This document shows positions 12,401 through 25,937 of a stretch of DNA of 64,000 nt, piece by piece (within the stretch, counting starts at the first letter, position 1; every line of letters begins with the position of its first letter). The position numbers and the translations under genes are program-made. The notes under the pieces are model-generated. The model was not told where the DNA came from, did not search any database, and was given only the letters and a program-made list of their open reading frames with translations. This stretch comes from Podarcis tiliguerta (lineage: Eukaryota), in assembly GCA_965153285.1 (NCBI GenBank), contig OZ229112.1, one strand, 5' to 3'.

Positions 12401-15400
12401 GTGAATGCCTGGGAAAAGGAAGAGCTATCATTAAGGTAATAAGGGGTATGCAGTAGAATTGTGGCAGAAGGTGGACATACCAGGTAAGGGGAAGACGCAG
12501 CTGGTTCTTCTGGTCAATCATTCAGTTTCAATAACACTCTGTGGTCCCACAAATCACAGAGATGCTGCTTTTAAATGTCAGATCAGTTAAAGGGTAAAAC
12601 AGCAGCTATTTGTGATTTAATATGAAAATAACATGCCAATCTGGCATGTAAAACATGGCTAGATGGAGAGGAACAATTGAGAAGCTCTTGATGTGTCCAC
12701 TAGTTTTCCAGATGTAACCTCAAACTCAATGTGGGCGGGAAGAAGGGGTTGCTATTATCATTAAGGATTCCATCTCCCTTCCCCAGATATCCCTTTCAGC
12801 AATCTGCCCGTTTTGAATGCCTGTACCTAATGCTGGGCTCTTGAAACAGGACTGGGATTCTCCAAGGGATTTTCTGAACTAGGCCTGTGGCCCTGGATAA
12901 GGAAATGAGCTTGACCTTCCAATATGAATCTGGATCCATGCCTGCATTTTTTTCAGAACCATGTCCTTTCTTGCAAAGTATGCTTTCCTGCTCTGGCACG
13001 TCCATTGTTGAATATTTTTGGTTTCAGACTTTCTCCTCCTCAAAACCCCTACGACGCTATGTATGTCACACTTTCTCATTAGACTCTTCAATCATCTGCA
13101 CATGACATGGTAAAAAATGGGAACTCTGGGTTCGGTGTGGTATACATACAAATGTGGCTATGTCTCAAATTATTATATAAAACATAAACCTTTGAGAGCA
13201 GCATTTCCTGTGGCTCTTCTTTCTCTATTATGCTCATGTCAAAGAAATGACAAAGGTGTGCAATGAATTCATTATGCACCCTGCTGGCCTTAGAGGCTTG
13301 GGTCTTGCTCTCTTCGGACTCATTCAAATAGGTTCTAAAAAGATATAAAACAAAACAAAAAAAAAACAGCTTATATGATGGACACAAAACAAAGAACATT
13401 TTTACATCAACACAGTGGAAACTTCAGCTGGTGCAGAATTCAGCAGCCAGGCTGCTCTCTGGGACAAGACAGTTTGAGCATACTGCACTAATCCTGGCCC
13501 AACTGCACTGGCTGCTCGTTAGTTTCTGGCTTTGACCAATAAAGCCTTAAACAGCTCAGGACCTCAAGGACCGCCTCTCTCCAAAGGAACTAACCTGCAC
13601 CCTGTGTTAATCATCTAAGGCCCTTCTTTATGTGCCCACTCCCTAAGAGGCCTGAAAGGTGGCAACACGAGAACGGGCCTTTTCTGTAGTGGCTCCCTGC
13701 TTGTGGAATGCTCTCTTCAGGGAGGCTTCACGGATGTCACCCTGAACAACTTGCAGGAAAAGTGGGATGTAAATGTAATTAAACTAAACCAAATCAAAAT
13801 TCCAGTTCTAAAACATCTGCCCTCCATCGGAAATCAGGTCACAAACTATACTCAATAGGAGTCTAGGTCAAACTCCATAGTGCATTTACAAAGGTTTTTA
13901 CATCATACCTCCCTATCTCTAGGCACCAAAGAAACAGGATAAAACCAACAAGCTACTAAGATCTAGTTACAAGCTTCATATATCAGGGGAATGCTGTGGA
14001 TGTGGCATATCTTGATTTCAGTAAGGTTTTTGACCAAGTCCCCATGATAGTCACCTAAAACAATTACCCAAAAAGCTAGTGTTATTAAGCCTATTAGCTC
14101 TCACATACAAGCTCTCATCTTCCAACTGACCACAGAAACTAAAAAAAGTCAGTGGAAAATACATGTGCTTCCCCAACTTTGTGCCCTCCAGATGTTTTCC
14201 AATATAACTTCTACCAGGCTCCAGCCAGCAAAGTGTGGTCCAAAACATCTGGAGAGTAGCAGGTTGGGAAAGGCTGCTCTAGGGCAATTATTTTAGGTTA
14301 AGATGTCAGTTTGTTTGATGTCATTACCTGACTTTACTTTCCAGTTCACTGGTTTTCTCTTTCAGTTCCAAATTCTCCTGGAGAATGGCCTGGGCTTTCA
14401 AGTCTGTTTGTTTTTTAGAAAAGGCAATTGTTCCAGATTCCTTCTCAATCTCCTGGAGTCTGCTTTGCATGGAGAGGAGTAGAGAAGATTGCCTAGCATC
14501 ATTCTCCTTATAGCTTTCAACGTCAGCCTTCAGTTCCTGAACAGATACTTCTTTAGAGGCTATTTTGGATTTAAGATCTTGAAGCTATAAACAGAAATGG
14601 ATCATGAAATGCAGGCATGCAAGGAAAATCTCAATATGACCCAGTGCATATTTTAACCATTTTCAAGTATCAGGAGAGGGGGGCATAAGTTAATTACTTG
14701 TTATTAAGTTATTATCTTAATTACTGCATTTCTTCCTTCCCAGGACAGTTTTAAATTTGCCTGTTCACTTAAATTTGTTTTAATGTCTTGCATCAGTGTA
14801 TTAAATTTAACCAGCAGGGTGGACTGCGCGTGAAAAGAACAAGCCTGATACAACCCTATGCACATGAATTTGAGAGCAAGGACTACTGAAATCTGTGCCT
14901 TTCACTTCTTAGTAAATGTGCATAGGATTCGTTTGAAAGTACCATATGGAAGAAATATTTTACCCCACTATATCAATCAGGGCATGTTAAGTAGACCAAG
15001 TTTCTTCAAATACATTTTCTTTGCAAAACATGCCCCAAATGAACTACTACTACAGATTAGTTTTATAGCACCTTCTTGCCCCTAAAAACGCTTCTGGGCA
15101 AGCAACACAACATAATAAATCTTCCATGTCTGAGTATCAATGTGAGGCTCTGCCTCCCCTCACACTTTTTTGGGGGGGGGGGGTGTGCTTCTTTCAGTAT
15201 TTAAATCTTTCTTTAAAATTACTATGACGCTAGCCACTTCCCAAACTTCTGACAAAGGAAGATGATTTTAGCAAAGATTGTTATTCTTATTTCACATGGA
15301 ACTCATAAATGGAAGCCATCCTGCCTCATCAACATTACTTTTTCTGTATTATCTGAACAATGATTTTAAATTTTTTAAAAAATCACATAAATTAGTTATT

Positions 15401-18400
15401 CAAGCTAAGATATGGTTACGGAACAGCAATTTGAGTCCTTAAAGAACAATTCTCAATTTCCCAGTTAAAAGCTCATAGAGGAAGATGGAGTCAAAGTGTG
15501 AGTTGCAGAAATGAAATTAGCTACTCGGGGAAGGTTTTGCCTTCTACTCACAGCCACAGGACCTTCTCAAAGTGGCTCTCGCACCAAACTAGTTGAACCA
15601 AAGTGATTGACTGAATATAAAGTCAATGCTGCTTTATTTTGCAAATATCTGCTGAAACGTGTTCAGGATGAGGGTTTTAAACCAGATTATTAAACAGGAA
15701 TAAAGAGAACCACTGCAGCATTTACACAGTTAAACTTTAATCTGCACAATAAATATAATGGAACTGCTATTAACAGAATTTATGGAAACAGGTGCTTGAA
15801 AAGCTTCAGGTTCACCATATGCTGAAGTGTGACATTTGCACTTCAAAATCGTGGGAACTATACTTAACATGCTAACAAGATGCAATAAGGAAAGAAAATC
15901 ACTTTTCGCTCAAAAGTTAATTAAATGGATCTGGCAACAACAAATGTATTCACTTTTGCAACTATGTAATATGTTTTGTGTTTTCATGCTGTAAACAGCC
16001 CTGTGATATTTGGATGAAGGGCAGTAAAGTAATTAAGTGATTGATTGATTGATTGATTAAATTCAAAAGACTAGTAAACTATACCTCTTAAAGCAATAAC
16101 CTACACCCATAATAAAAGAACAAGACAAAGGAACCAACTATTGAATGTGCTGGATTTTGCTACAACGTTAAAGTTTATGCATTAAAGCATATTCTCTTAC
16201 ATGTAATTAATGGACTGTCCATTAATTAAAAACAGAAAATGTGGAAAAAGCAAAAAAGTCTGCAGATTATTTTCTTATTTTGTCATGTGTGACCTACATT
16301 TACAATTTGATGGACAAATGCATCAGATTGACCTGCAGATCAAGTAAATTATACTGCTTACCCATGTATTGAAGAAGATTCACACTGCCACCCTCATTTC
16401 ATGGACAGAAGTTGACTGGAATTGCAGCTGAGTCAACACTAGCAATGGGATTGTGTTCTCCACTGCACTTGAGGGCAGCAGGCTACATTAGGGGATGTAT
16501 GATAAGCCTCTGGCACACATTCTCCAGCAGAGGAGAATGGCCAAGGGACTTGGGACCAGCTTGGGCAGAGAGACTGCTGCTGCCCACATCATCTGCCACC
16601 TAAGGTGATTGCCTCACTCTACTTAATGGTACCAGCCCAGTCCTAAAAAATGTCCTTAGAAGGTCCAGTCCACACATGATCACTTGAAAGTCGCTTCCAC
16701 TACCTTCACAACCTTAAGACTAGAAAACCACCCTGAAATCTGAAAATTAGAGGATGAGAAATGCCAATTTTAGTGCTTAGGCCATGCAAATTGTAGAAGA
16801 ACACCGTCGTGGATATAGCAAACACTGTACATGTGCTTATTCATGCACAGGGATGTCGCGGCACTCATGCTTCTTGCCTGAGAACAACTTCCTGAAGCCT
16901 GCAGTTTGCGTGCTGTGAATGGTTAGTTAGGCATGGCCAATACAAAGTCTTATTAACCAGGATAAACCATTTTAAAACAGGGAATGCCCTTTTTCTGAAA
17001 GCTCAGAGAGCAGCTGCCAGTCAGGGTAGACGATACTGAACTAGTTGGACCAATGCTTTGACACAGTATAAAGCACCTTCAGCTGTTCCTCTGCCATCTT
17101 GCTCGCATTCCATTCACTTCAGTAAGATTTAAGTAGTATGTGGGCTATAGGACTTGGATGGCTAAGCCAAGGGGAAACAAGACTAAGGTTATAGTCCAGT
17201 ATCAGTCATTCTTACTGAACTCAGTGAAACTTCTGGTTTGTAGTCTAAGGCCTAAAAGAAAGTTTGGAGACTTCAGAGGAGACAAACCTCTGGGCACAAG
17301 CCAAATACACTAACCATGACCAGGATACCTGTAAAATGAGGCATTTATCAGCATGTACCATCTGGTAAGTGCAGCTCACTGGATGTTTTCTGTGGGTCAA
17401 GAAACATTTGTGATACAAAAAGGTTAAGAAACATTTTCATGTCAATTCCAAACTTACCTCTGCCTGGGAACATTCATACTTCACCAGGAGTGCTGCTAAC
17501 TCACTACGAGCCGTTTCTGCTGCATTCCGATAGTGGCACAGCTGCTCTCGAGTAACAGGAACATCCGACAGAAAATAATTATGAGCTCCCTAGTGAAAAT
17601 AGTATAGTCAGGGTCAAAGGCAAAGAATAAGAACTCCTTGTTTTCTTTTCTTCTGTTATTGCTTCACTTAGGATTGCAAAGGACCAATTTTAAAGACAGC
17701 TTTCCAAACGGGTGCATGACCTGGGCAAGAAAATCAACTGGGGGGAGTGCTGTCATGTTAATTTTCTTGGGCCTCTCAGGGACTTTCAATGCCATCAGCC
17801 ATGGTAGAATTCTGGATTGCCTTGCCAGAGTGGAATTTGCAGCTAAAGTATTATGATGGCTATGATGGTTTCTGGAGGGATTGACCCAGGAAGTGGGGTT
17901 GAAAGGCCTCTGTTCTATATCATGGCTATTGGTCAATACTCAGCTTGCAAACTGGTGCTTGCAAATTGCTGTGAGCCAGGCTTTCCAGGTATTGCCAATC
18001 AGCTGATAAGAAGTGCCTGCAACCCTGTGGTCCAGCCACAACTTTGCCTGCCCTAATGGGTGATGCCATATATGACATCAGGTGTGCAGTGTGCACGGCA
18101 AGTTTGTGTGGCTAAGTCATAACAGCCTCATGGGTCAAAGTAGACATTCTATTAAAGTGGAAAGGTAGAATACAGTTTTTAAATGAATACATGTTTGGAT
18201 TTTTATTTTTTTGGCTGACACAGTACTCAGGATGTTGGTGGTATTTTGTAGTTTTGTACATTTCTCTTGCTGTACCAGAATCCTGAATGTTGTTTCTATA
18301 GTCTGAGAACAGCTGGCAACAGTTATCCCCCAAAGCCCAATTATCTTAAATAAAAGCAAGGATTTGTGAAAGTGAGAACAATCAAATACGTGCCTTCCAA

Positions 18401-21400
18401 ATATGCTTCTAACATGACATCTGGGTAACTGTTGCATTGTTTATTTGAATAAAATTAAACCTAATGTGTTTTTGGAGCAGAATTGTATTTAACGCTATGA
18501 AGAAAAGATAAACAGTACAACTATGATTTGAGGTTTAAGGAAGGCTGGGGTTAATCTTTATGTGTATAAATAATCAGACAAAGGCATCTAAACAAATTTC
18601 AGCTAACCATTCAGACGGCTCAACATGCATTCAAGAGAATGTGAGTAGAAGCCCCATGTAAACATTCCCTGCTCAATACAGTGAAGGCTGGGAACTAAAC
18701 TAACATGGTGATATTCATGGGGACGGAGCATGCCTGCCTGCCTCTGCCCCCACCTCCCCAAATACCCACAGATACAGTGTTTGCCTGAACACACCTTGTG
18801 TCTTGGCTTCAATTTGTCTACACTCTGGACTGAATGAAAAATAGAAACCTAAACCTTCCAGTGCTTTTATTTCAGGCTTCTTTTCTGCAATTTGTCCGCT
18901 TGTTGTAGGCAACAAGGAATTCTGTGCTGGTAAATGAGTGGGATGGCAGAAGAGGGACAGATTGTTCTGTTCTTCCTCCCTTCTTTCCGCTACTCCTTGC
19001 AACATTTTGGTTTCCGTGATGACCACACCAAAGGGAACCCCCTTTCTCTGCTGCTAGCTTGCATGGAAGAAACAAGCCTCATTTCCATTCTGGTTCCAGT
19101 CCAGAAGAGAAGGCTTTCAGTCTTTTCCAGACAACATGGAAATTATGAGACTCTTAGGTTGACAAAATAAGGTGCAGGCTAGTAACTTTTGTGGGCTTAT
19201 TTACAAGGATGTTCTGTACTCAAATGGTATGATGCTCACAGACCCAGGAAGGGGTTCATGTTTCATATTGTTATGGCTTAAATATTGTTGATTATTCCTT
19301 TAAGCACCTCATCTGAGAGGTTTTTACGCCATAATCACTGCTTTCCCCCATTATTGTATACTCTCCAACTAGCACAAGGTCAAATAACATAGTCTAAAAG
19401 CCAGCAGTAAACTTAAGAAAATCATCTCAGTTGAACCATTCAAATCCTTTCTGAAGGCCAGAACTAATGTGACTGAGTTCCAGAGATTAGGGGCCATCAC
19501 TGAAAAGGTCCTGTCTTTATTACCTACTAGGTACACCTGGCATGTGAGTTGTATTTTGTTGCATTAGAAAAACACAACAAACAGTACTGGATGGGATGGG
19601 GGGTAATGGCTGTTAGATTATGTTTAGCAAGGCTCCTAGGCCTTTAAAAGCTGTATATTAAGAAATTGTACAGCACCTAGATTGTTTCTGGTGCTTGGCA
19701 AATTTTTATACATTACTATTTTTGTTTGTTTGTTTGTTTGTTTAAAGCAGCTCCTGCTGTTTTAGTTGTTATTTGTAGGTTGTATTATTTCACCAACAAA
19801 TGAGTTTTTCCCAAACGTGAAGTGTTGGCCTGTCTGTTGAATTTCTGCACAGATGGTCACTAAAGTATATACAATTAAAAGGTTACTGTAATCAGATAAT
19901 ATTTTAGCAATCGTAAATCCACTGAGATCCAAGAAACAGGCTGCATAAAATAAAGCTGGGAAAAATGCACAAAGCAAATACCTTTTGCTCATTTCTGTTC
20001 TAAACTGCTGGATGACTGGGCATCAAAAACCAGGTAAAGTAATGAGGTAGTGGTTTCCTCTGCTCTACGTCCATATGAAATGCTATAGTAAAAGCGGCCG
20101 AGAGACAAGAACAACCACTCCGAACTGATCCATGTGCCTAGACTGTGTGTCAGAATAGCTTTGGAACTACAGAGCCTAACACATCCCATCCACTATGTGC
20201 TCAACCATCTCCTGTGTTTGCAGTTCCAGTCAGGCAGCAAACCCAGGATATTTATGGAGCCTAGCATATATGGGTGGTTTAAAAGTTACAAAGGCGAAAG
20301 CAGAGCATGCCTCCCAATCTATTATACTAACTGTCCTCACAAGATCTAGGTAGCATCCCTGCAACATGTGGCTGAGAACACGCCCACCAGCTTCCCCCAT
20401 TGTGCAACAACCATTGCGTCAACCTTATATAATCATCTTAAATGTGATATGTGATTTTTGGATATTTCTGTTTCCCTTTAGTCTATGTGCAAGGAAAAAC
20501 AGACCTTGACATGTTCTGCTGGGTTGGATCTATAAATCAGATATATTCATTTATTTTGGACTCTAATAATGTCTCCATCTTCTTGGGATTACGCTTTACT
20601 GGCAATCTGTTTAAAATAAAGCATACAGCTTTGCCTACATGTTATTCATAGACACATTACTCCACACCAAAAACATTTAAAGAGAGAGAGAGAGAAGGGA
20701 TGGGAAAATTAAAGTTCAATCGGGGATAGGGAAAGAAATACAGAATAAAAATAAGTTTTAAAAAGAAAATATTTCTGTGATTTATTTTTTACCGAAATCT
20801 GGATGATAAGCAGCTGAAATGCAAACAAAAGAAGAGTCTTGCTTGGATGCCCGCTGTGTCTTTGAAATTCCAAAAGTTACAAAGCACAGATTTATGACCA
20901 CAGGCAAAATTGCTTTCATCATACACAGAGTTTGCAAATTGCTTTTCTGGCAGCAAAAGCTCAGTGGTTTTTTATGGAGAGTTTCAGAACCTAACAGATC
21001 GATTGGGTCATCAAAGGAAATATTACCTTACTGATGACCAGTAACCTTCAGGTTGACCAGTTTTATACTTGCATATCCCAAAAGCAACCCACAGAAGAGA
21101 AGAGTTTTATGAAATGGACAGGTAATAAATGCAAGTAAAACCGCACCAAATGGTGAGCAGATGGTTACACTTGTCCTGGATCCCACCCCTGTCCCAATAG
21201 GTTAGCCACTTTCCTACAGAAAAATAATGTCCATTAAGAGAGGAAGTAGCCTGCTCTGCATGTAGATACCTCATATGTAAACGGATAAGTTTTTGACGAT
21301 CAACTGATAAATACATTCTGTTAAATAAATAAATAAAAATGTATGACATTCACACATTTCATGCCATATATTTTAAGTTAAGTAGCTACAATTGACTGCA

Positions 21401-24400
21401 ACAAAAGAAACACACGTGATCTGCATGCAAGGTACATGTCACCTTCTAAACACAAGGGCTTTCCATGCAGCAAACATATATGCCTAAAAATAAGGTGCTC
21501 ACAGAGTTATTTTATGTTGATTGTTTGTACACTTTACAAAATCACATCAGCCTAGGAGCCAACCACGCAAACACACCCTTAGGATTTAGAATATAATCGG
21601 TGATTTTAGAATATAATCAGTATTGAATCAGTGTGCGGTAGTGGTTAGAGTGCTGGTCCGGGGACTGGGAGACCAGGGTTCAAATTCCCATTCAGCTATG
21701 TAGCTCATTGGATGAGCTTGGGCCAGCCACTGTTTCTCAGCCTAAGCTACCTCATAGGGTTATTGTTGAGATTAAATAAGACGGGGGAGAACCATAAATG
21801 TCACCTTGAGCTCCTTAGAGGAAAAGTAGGTTTAAAATGTAATAAATAAGGAATGTTGTGGCAACAGTGTACAAGAAAACAGGTCCCTGTCCTGAAGAGC
21901 TAACAATTTAAAATTTGACAACGGGGAGGTTATGCCAAAGGCTTAATAGGAAACCGTTACTTGCTACTAGAAGGTGCAGATGAGGAGCTTAATTTGTCTA
22001 CTATAAAATAATAACAAATCCTATAAAAGGCCTTGCCTTTGTAGAGGAAGGGAGCCTGAAAAAAGAAGAAAGAACAGAGATAAGTAGTTGCTCACTGGCA
22101 AAAAAAAAAGTGGATTGGTTGTTTTTGTCTGGCTGCTACTGTTATAAAAAATGTATAAAGATGTTTGTTTTTTTGCTGTAACTGAACAATAGATCCAATA
22201 AATCAATATGCTCAATTTTGCAATTGTTGCATGTTTATGAATCCAGGACTGCTGGTAATTATCTGGATATAGAGAAAAACAACACCAAATGTCAATCCAG
22301 AATCTTGACATGAAGGGTGCTTTCAAACAAGGAATTTCCCCATGGAAATCTGATGTGGTTACATTCACACAAACTCATATTTATGTTGCATCCCATCATG
22401 GTTTGGTATCAATGAAGAGAGAGCTATAAATCCTGTGGGTGGGTAGGCGGGTAGACGGACAAACAAACAAACAAACAAACAAACAGAACAATCCACTTCC
22501 ATGACTGTCATCCATTTTAGGTATTTCACTCTCCTACCTCCATATTCCAAGATTATGCTCCCACTTTATTCCTGGGCTTGCATTACATGTGCACTGAGAA
22601 TATGTTATTACAAAAGTACCCAGTGCTTTGTGGGACCCCTTCAGGAGAAGAAAAGGCTAAGGAGTATACCCTACAAATATGTGGAGTGCAGTCCCTAAGG
22701 TGGTTGGATGATGTGGGATATTTCTTTTTAGAGGATGCAATTGCAGTTCTAATTTTAATTATAAATATCAATGAGTTTGCAGTATACACTATTATTATGG
22801 ACTCTACAGAAAAAGGTTAGCATAAGTTAAAGTGAACATATGAAAACCACAAAGTGACTTGTCTCCATATGTTATGTGGAGACTGGGTATTACATTACAG
22901 GTGTTGTAACTATATGCAGTGTAAGTGTAGTGCAAATAAAATGCTACACATGAAATCTTAGTCTTTTGCCCCATCATCTGGAAAGGTCCTATGAGAAACT
23001 TGAGCAACAATCTTCCTGGGTTTCTCTGAACTTTAGATCAAAGCCTTGAGTTGGATGAAAGATAAAGAACTGAAAAGAGGAAAACCTTGGATAAATACTC
23101 CCTCTTGCAGCATTTTACAAGAAACAGTTTAGTCCTTGAATTAGGAAAGATAAGCTTTAATAACCAAGCTGTACCTAAGTATAATTGAAACAATAATCTT
23201 TAGTGCTTTATACCATACAAGGCACACTGCAGCTGTGCTCTATGAAATGAAACAGCAAATGAAATGGATTGATCTGCTACCAGACCTTGAGAACTGACAC
23301 AGAACAATTCTTTTTAGGGAGGGCCTTCCCTTTTGCTGCTTCCAAAACTTTTACTAGTAGTTAGCTTTCTTGTCCAAGAAAAATACAAATGAAGCAAGTT
23401 ATACTGAACAGGTACTGAGTGGTCAGACAAGTTGATGATGTGTGGGTTTCTTCCAACAAGAGAGGAACACAAACGGAAGACTAAGACAACATTCAGTCAC
23501 CCATTCACATTAGTGACATAATATGTAAGCTAGTAAAACAGGGACCATACACAGAGTAACTCCTTCATGGAGCTACAATTTCCAGAGTTCCATAGGCATG
23601 AAGATTGACTGTTAAACCACTTTGGGATAGGGAACTACGGGTCTCCTAACAGCCGTCAGCATCTTGAACAAACGACAGTTCCCAGCATTCTTTGGAGGAA
23701 GCCATGACTGTTAAAGTGGTAACAGTGCTTTATATGATGGGGTGGATGTGGTAATAGATCTTTACAGCAGCTGTATTCATAGTTTACAAACAAAACCATG
23801 TTACATTGCTCACATTATTGAGTCCAATATAACTTGTGAACTAAGGCTGAGTACACACAATATACTAAAAGCACATCTCCCCCAAAGAATCCTGGGAGCT
23901 AATGTTTACCCCTCATAGATCTACAATCCGTAGGACCCTTAACAAACAGCAGTACTCAGGATTCTTGGGAGATGCTTATTTGTATAGTGTGTACTTAGCC
24001 TAACTCTCAGAATTTCTGTAGAACACGTTTTGCTCTAAAAAACCCGAAAGACATCTGGCATCTTCGGTCACAGGTCTCAAGCGGCAAGTTTAGGAAAGAC
24101 CTTTGCCCAGAACCCTAGGCAACCACTTTTTTTATTTTTTTTAAAAGGATGCTTGCAATTTGATACTGATGAGAAATAAAAAGATATAGAATTCTCCTAT
24201 ATAGTAATTTACCCAACAAGCATTACAAAATACAGCGTAAAATTATACAGTGGTACCTTGGGTTAGAACTTAATTTGTTCTGGAGGTCCGTTCTTAACCT
24301 GAAACTATTCTTAACCTGATTAACTGTTCTTAATCTTTAGCTAATGGGGCCTCCCGCTGTTGCCATGCCGCTGCTGTGCGATTTCTGTTCTCATCCTGAA

Positions 24401-25937
24401 GCAAAGTTCTTAACCTGAGGTACTATTTCTGGGTTAGCAGAGTCTGTAACCTGAAGCGCCTGTAACCCGAGGTACCACTCTAGTCTGTTCCTTATTATTC
24501 GTGAGCAGTTTGTATTTATCTTTTATTTATTATATTTATATACCACCCTTCATCTGAGTATCCCAATTTGGCTCTGGTCTCTAACTTGTAAAGACTCAGC
24601 AGTAGGTTCTGAATGTTGAACAACTGCAACTCCAGTGTGCATTTGTGCGCATTAACAATGCTTTAAATGTTTTATTTATATCACGTTCCTGGTGATAATG
24701 CTTAAGGTAGCTCATCATCTTTTTTAGAAAGATCATATAAAGAAAATAGTTGACAATTTAACAACGGACGTTAAAAACAGCGGCAAAAACCCCAACCAGC
24801 ATTTGTCCCAGGAACTTAAAATGGCTTTCTAGTATCTAAATGACAGTGTAGGCACCAAGCAAAATTCATGGGGTAGGGGGATGACATGTTCTCTGATATG
24901 GCAAACACCCTGCTCCAATTGCTGCCTGTTCAGCCAGGAGCAGCTGAAGCAGGACCTTCAAGGTTGGTCCAAACAGGGATCAGGAACCTGTGGCCTTCAA
25001 GATGTGGCTGCACTACAACTTCTATCATCCCTGACCACTGGCCACACTAGTTGTACCTGATGGGAGCTGGTGCCTAACTGTGCGGACCATTTTTTATCAC
25101 TGTAACTTGGTTGAATACTGTCACCTGCGTAATTATAGTCAAGGCACATGACAAACACCGTAACCAGAGGCTTGCAGCACTGAAGACTGGGCCAGAGTTA
25201 AAACAGGACTTCAGCCATGACATCAATAAAGGGTCTAAAAACGGAACTGGAAAGCAAAGTGCAAGCTAGGGGGCACATCTGAGCTACTGCAGCGACACAG
25301 AGGGAACTACAGCACATCCCAACTTGTACTGTACCACGATTGGAGTCGAAACCTTTTCTTTCTGTCTTTTTCTTGGTGATGCTGCTATGCCTATAACAGC
25401 TGTGTGCTGAGTAAAATTCAGGAGGTGCCACTTTTCCTACCATGGAGATTCAGCGATGAGGAAACTTTCACCTGTTGAATTTAGGAAAAGGGAGGGTGCT
25501 GGCAACCACACAGTTACACATTTACTCACGTAAATAGTCAACATGTACCAACGGAATGTATTAATAGGATTTCTCTTTCGATACCAAGAGAAAACCTTGC
25601 CTCTGGATCAGGCACCCCCAAACTTGGCCCTCCAGCTGTTTTGGGACTACAACTCCCATTATCCCTGACCACTGGTCGTGTTAGCTAGGGATGATGGGAG
25701 TTGTAGTCCCAAAAAGCTGGAGGGCCGAGTTTGGGGGTGCCTACTCTGGATATTTTGGCCTGCCCAAAGCACTGAGCCGCGCACCAGTAGCTCAGGACTG
25801 GAGCTGGGGGTCCATACCTCCGCTTCTAGCGAGGCTGCCGCCGAGGCAGGTGGCAGCAGCAACGGCGCGTTGCTGGTCACATCGATGAGCCTGGCAGAGG
25901 CAGAGCCCCCGCGGGAGCTGCTGCTGCTGCTTCTCAT
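437..25937 (-). CDS. CCDC170: Coiled-coil domain-containing protein 170, exons 1-7 (3' part continues beyond the left edge of the window)
   Basis: Coding exons at 25937-25818, 17589-17458, 14584-14328, 13334-13190, 11707-11522, 5853-5536 and 637-437. All introns are GT-AG and the joined frame is open (1359 nt, 453 codons). Peptides such as DVPVTREQLCHYRNAAETARSELAA, RETIMRLVSE and LEAELVSG match recalled vertebrate CCDC170. Exon sizes 257/145/186/318/201 match the recalled human structure, and synteny with ARMT1 and RMND1 agrees. Confidence 0.95.
949..1084. mobile_element. hAT-type MITE
   Basis: Long TIRs CAGGCTTCCTCA.../...TGAGGAAGCCTG; perfect 8-bp TSD TTATAGAT. Confidence 0.9.
2775..2865 (+). 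pseudogene. CCDC170: Inverted partial duplicate of a downstream CCDC170 exon (human exon 9 equivalent) with its acceptor site, inside intron 6
   Basis: ttttaacttttcaatgtag|TTGAGAACT...; 2794-2865 reads LRTQKEQLDSKELHMKLLRQKIAQ, matching recalled human LKTQKERLESKELHMSLLRQKIAQ. It lies on the strand opposite the host gene and is truncated after 24 codons. Confidence 0.85.
2869..4558. repeat. Perfect 44-bp inverted repeat pair (arms 2869-2912 and 4515-4558)
   Basis: aataaaaatgatcagtttcactttttggaggcctgtccatctgt at 2869-2912 is the exact reverse complement of 4515-4558. Confidence 0.95.
5536..5853 (-). CDS. CCDC170: CCDC170 exon 6 (318 nt)
   Basis: tttag|GATCTG...AAAACA|gtatgt; encodes DLSSTTAANQSLEREIRTLQERL...EKIREMIRMEESKKT. 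Confidence 0.95.
6115..6200. repeat. (AAG)n microsatellite, about 28 units with one AAA interruption
   Basis: Read directly from the sequence. Confidence 0.98.
6410..6450. repeat. (CG/CA)n microsatellite
   Basis: Read directly from the sequence. Confidence 0.95.
7520..7870 (+). mobile_element. Degraded CR1 LINE 3' fragment
   Basis: Resembles recalled CR1 3' consensus (ggcactgtaattcaaaga, tgaggaaggactgaaggagcttggt, attaggaaa). Confidence 0.55.
11522..11707 (-). CDS. CCDC170: CCDC170 exon 5 (186 nt)
   Basis: tccag|ATCAGT...AGTAAT|gtaagt; encodes ISDMHEENKVLKRQI...RETIMRLVSEL...EKLSN. Confidence 0.95.
13190..13334 (-). CDS. CCDC170: CCDC170 exon 4 (145 nt)
   Basis: tttag|AACCTA...TCAAAG|gtttat; encodes TYLNESEESKTQASK...EMLLSK; phase fits exon 3. 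Confidence 0.9.
13500..13730 (+). mobile_element. L2 LINE 3' fragment
   Basis: aaagccttaaacagctcagg...gggccttttctgtagtggctccc...tgtggaatgctct, typical of squamate L2 3' ends. Confidence 0.7.
13987..14048 (+). mobile_element. CR1 reverse transcriptase fragment
   Basis: Translates to GNAVDVAYLDFSKVFDQVP, the YLDFSKAFD motif of CR1 RT. Confidence 0.85.
14328..14584 (-). CDS. CCDC170: CCDC170 exon 3 (257 nt)
   Basis: tatag|CTTCAA...GTCAG|gtaatg; encodes LQDLKSKIASKEVSVQELKADVESYKENDARQSSLL... Confidence 0.95.
17005..17090 (+). mobile_element. Squam2-type SINE 3' fragment
   Basis: gagagcagctgccagtcag...tggaccaatg matches the body of the copy at 30720-30905. Confidence 0.65.
17458..17589 (-). 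CDS. CCDC170: CCDC170 exon 2 (132 nt)
   Basis: actag|GGAGCT...GCAGAG|gtaagt; encodes GAHNYFLSDVPVTREQLCHYRNAAETARSELAALLVKYECSQAE. Confidence 0.95.
21628..21849 (+). mobile_element. tRNA-derived CORE SINE (Squam3/MIR-like)
   Basis: A-box-like gtagtggttagagtg, B-box-like ggttcaaattcc, core sequence ctcagcctaagctacctcatagggttattgt, taataaataa tail. Confidence 0.85.
23845..24000. mobile_element. PIF/Harbinger-type MITE
   Basis: TIRs GGCTGAGTACACAC / GTGTGTACTTAGCC; TAA TSD. Confidence 0.8.
24248..24480. mobile_element. Tc1/mariner-pogo MITE (CAGTGGTACCTCGGGTT family)
   Basis: TA-flanked TIRs; same family as 56489-56703, in the opposite orientation. Confidence 0.9.
25609..25743. mobile_element. 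hAT-type MITE about 75 bp into CCDC170 intron 1
   Basis: TIRs CAGGCACCCCCAAACT / AGTTTGGGGGTGCCTA; 8-bp TSD CTCTGGAT; related to 949-1084. Confidence 0.9.
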
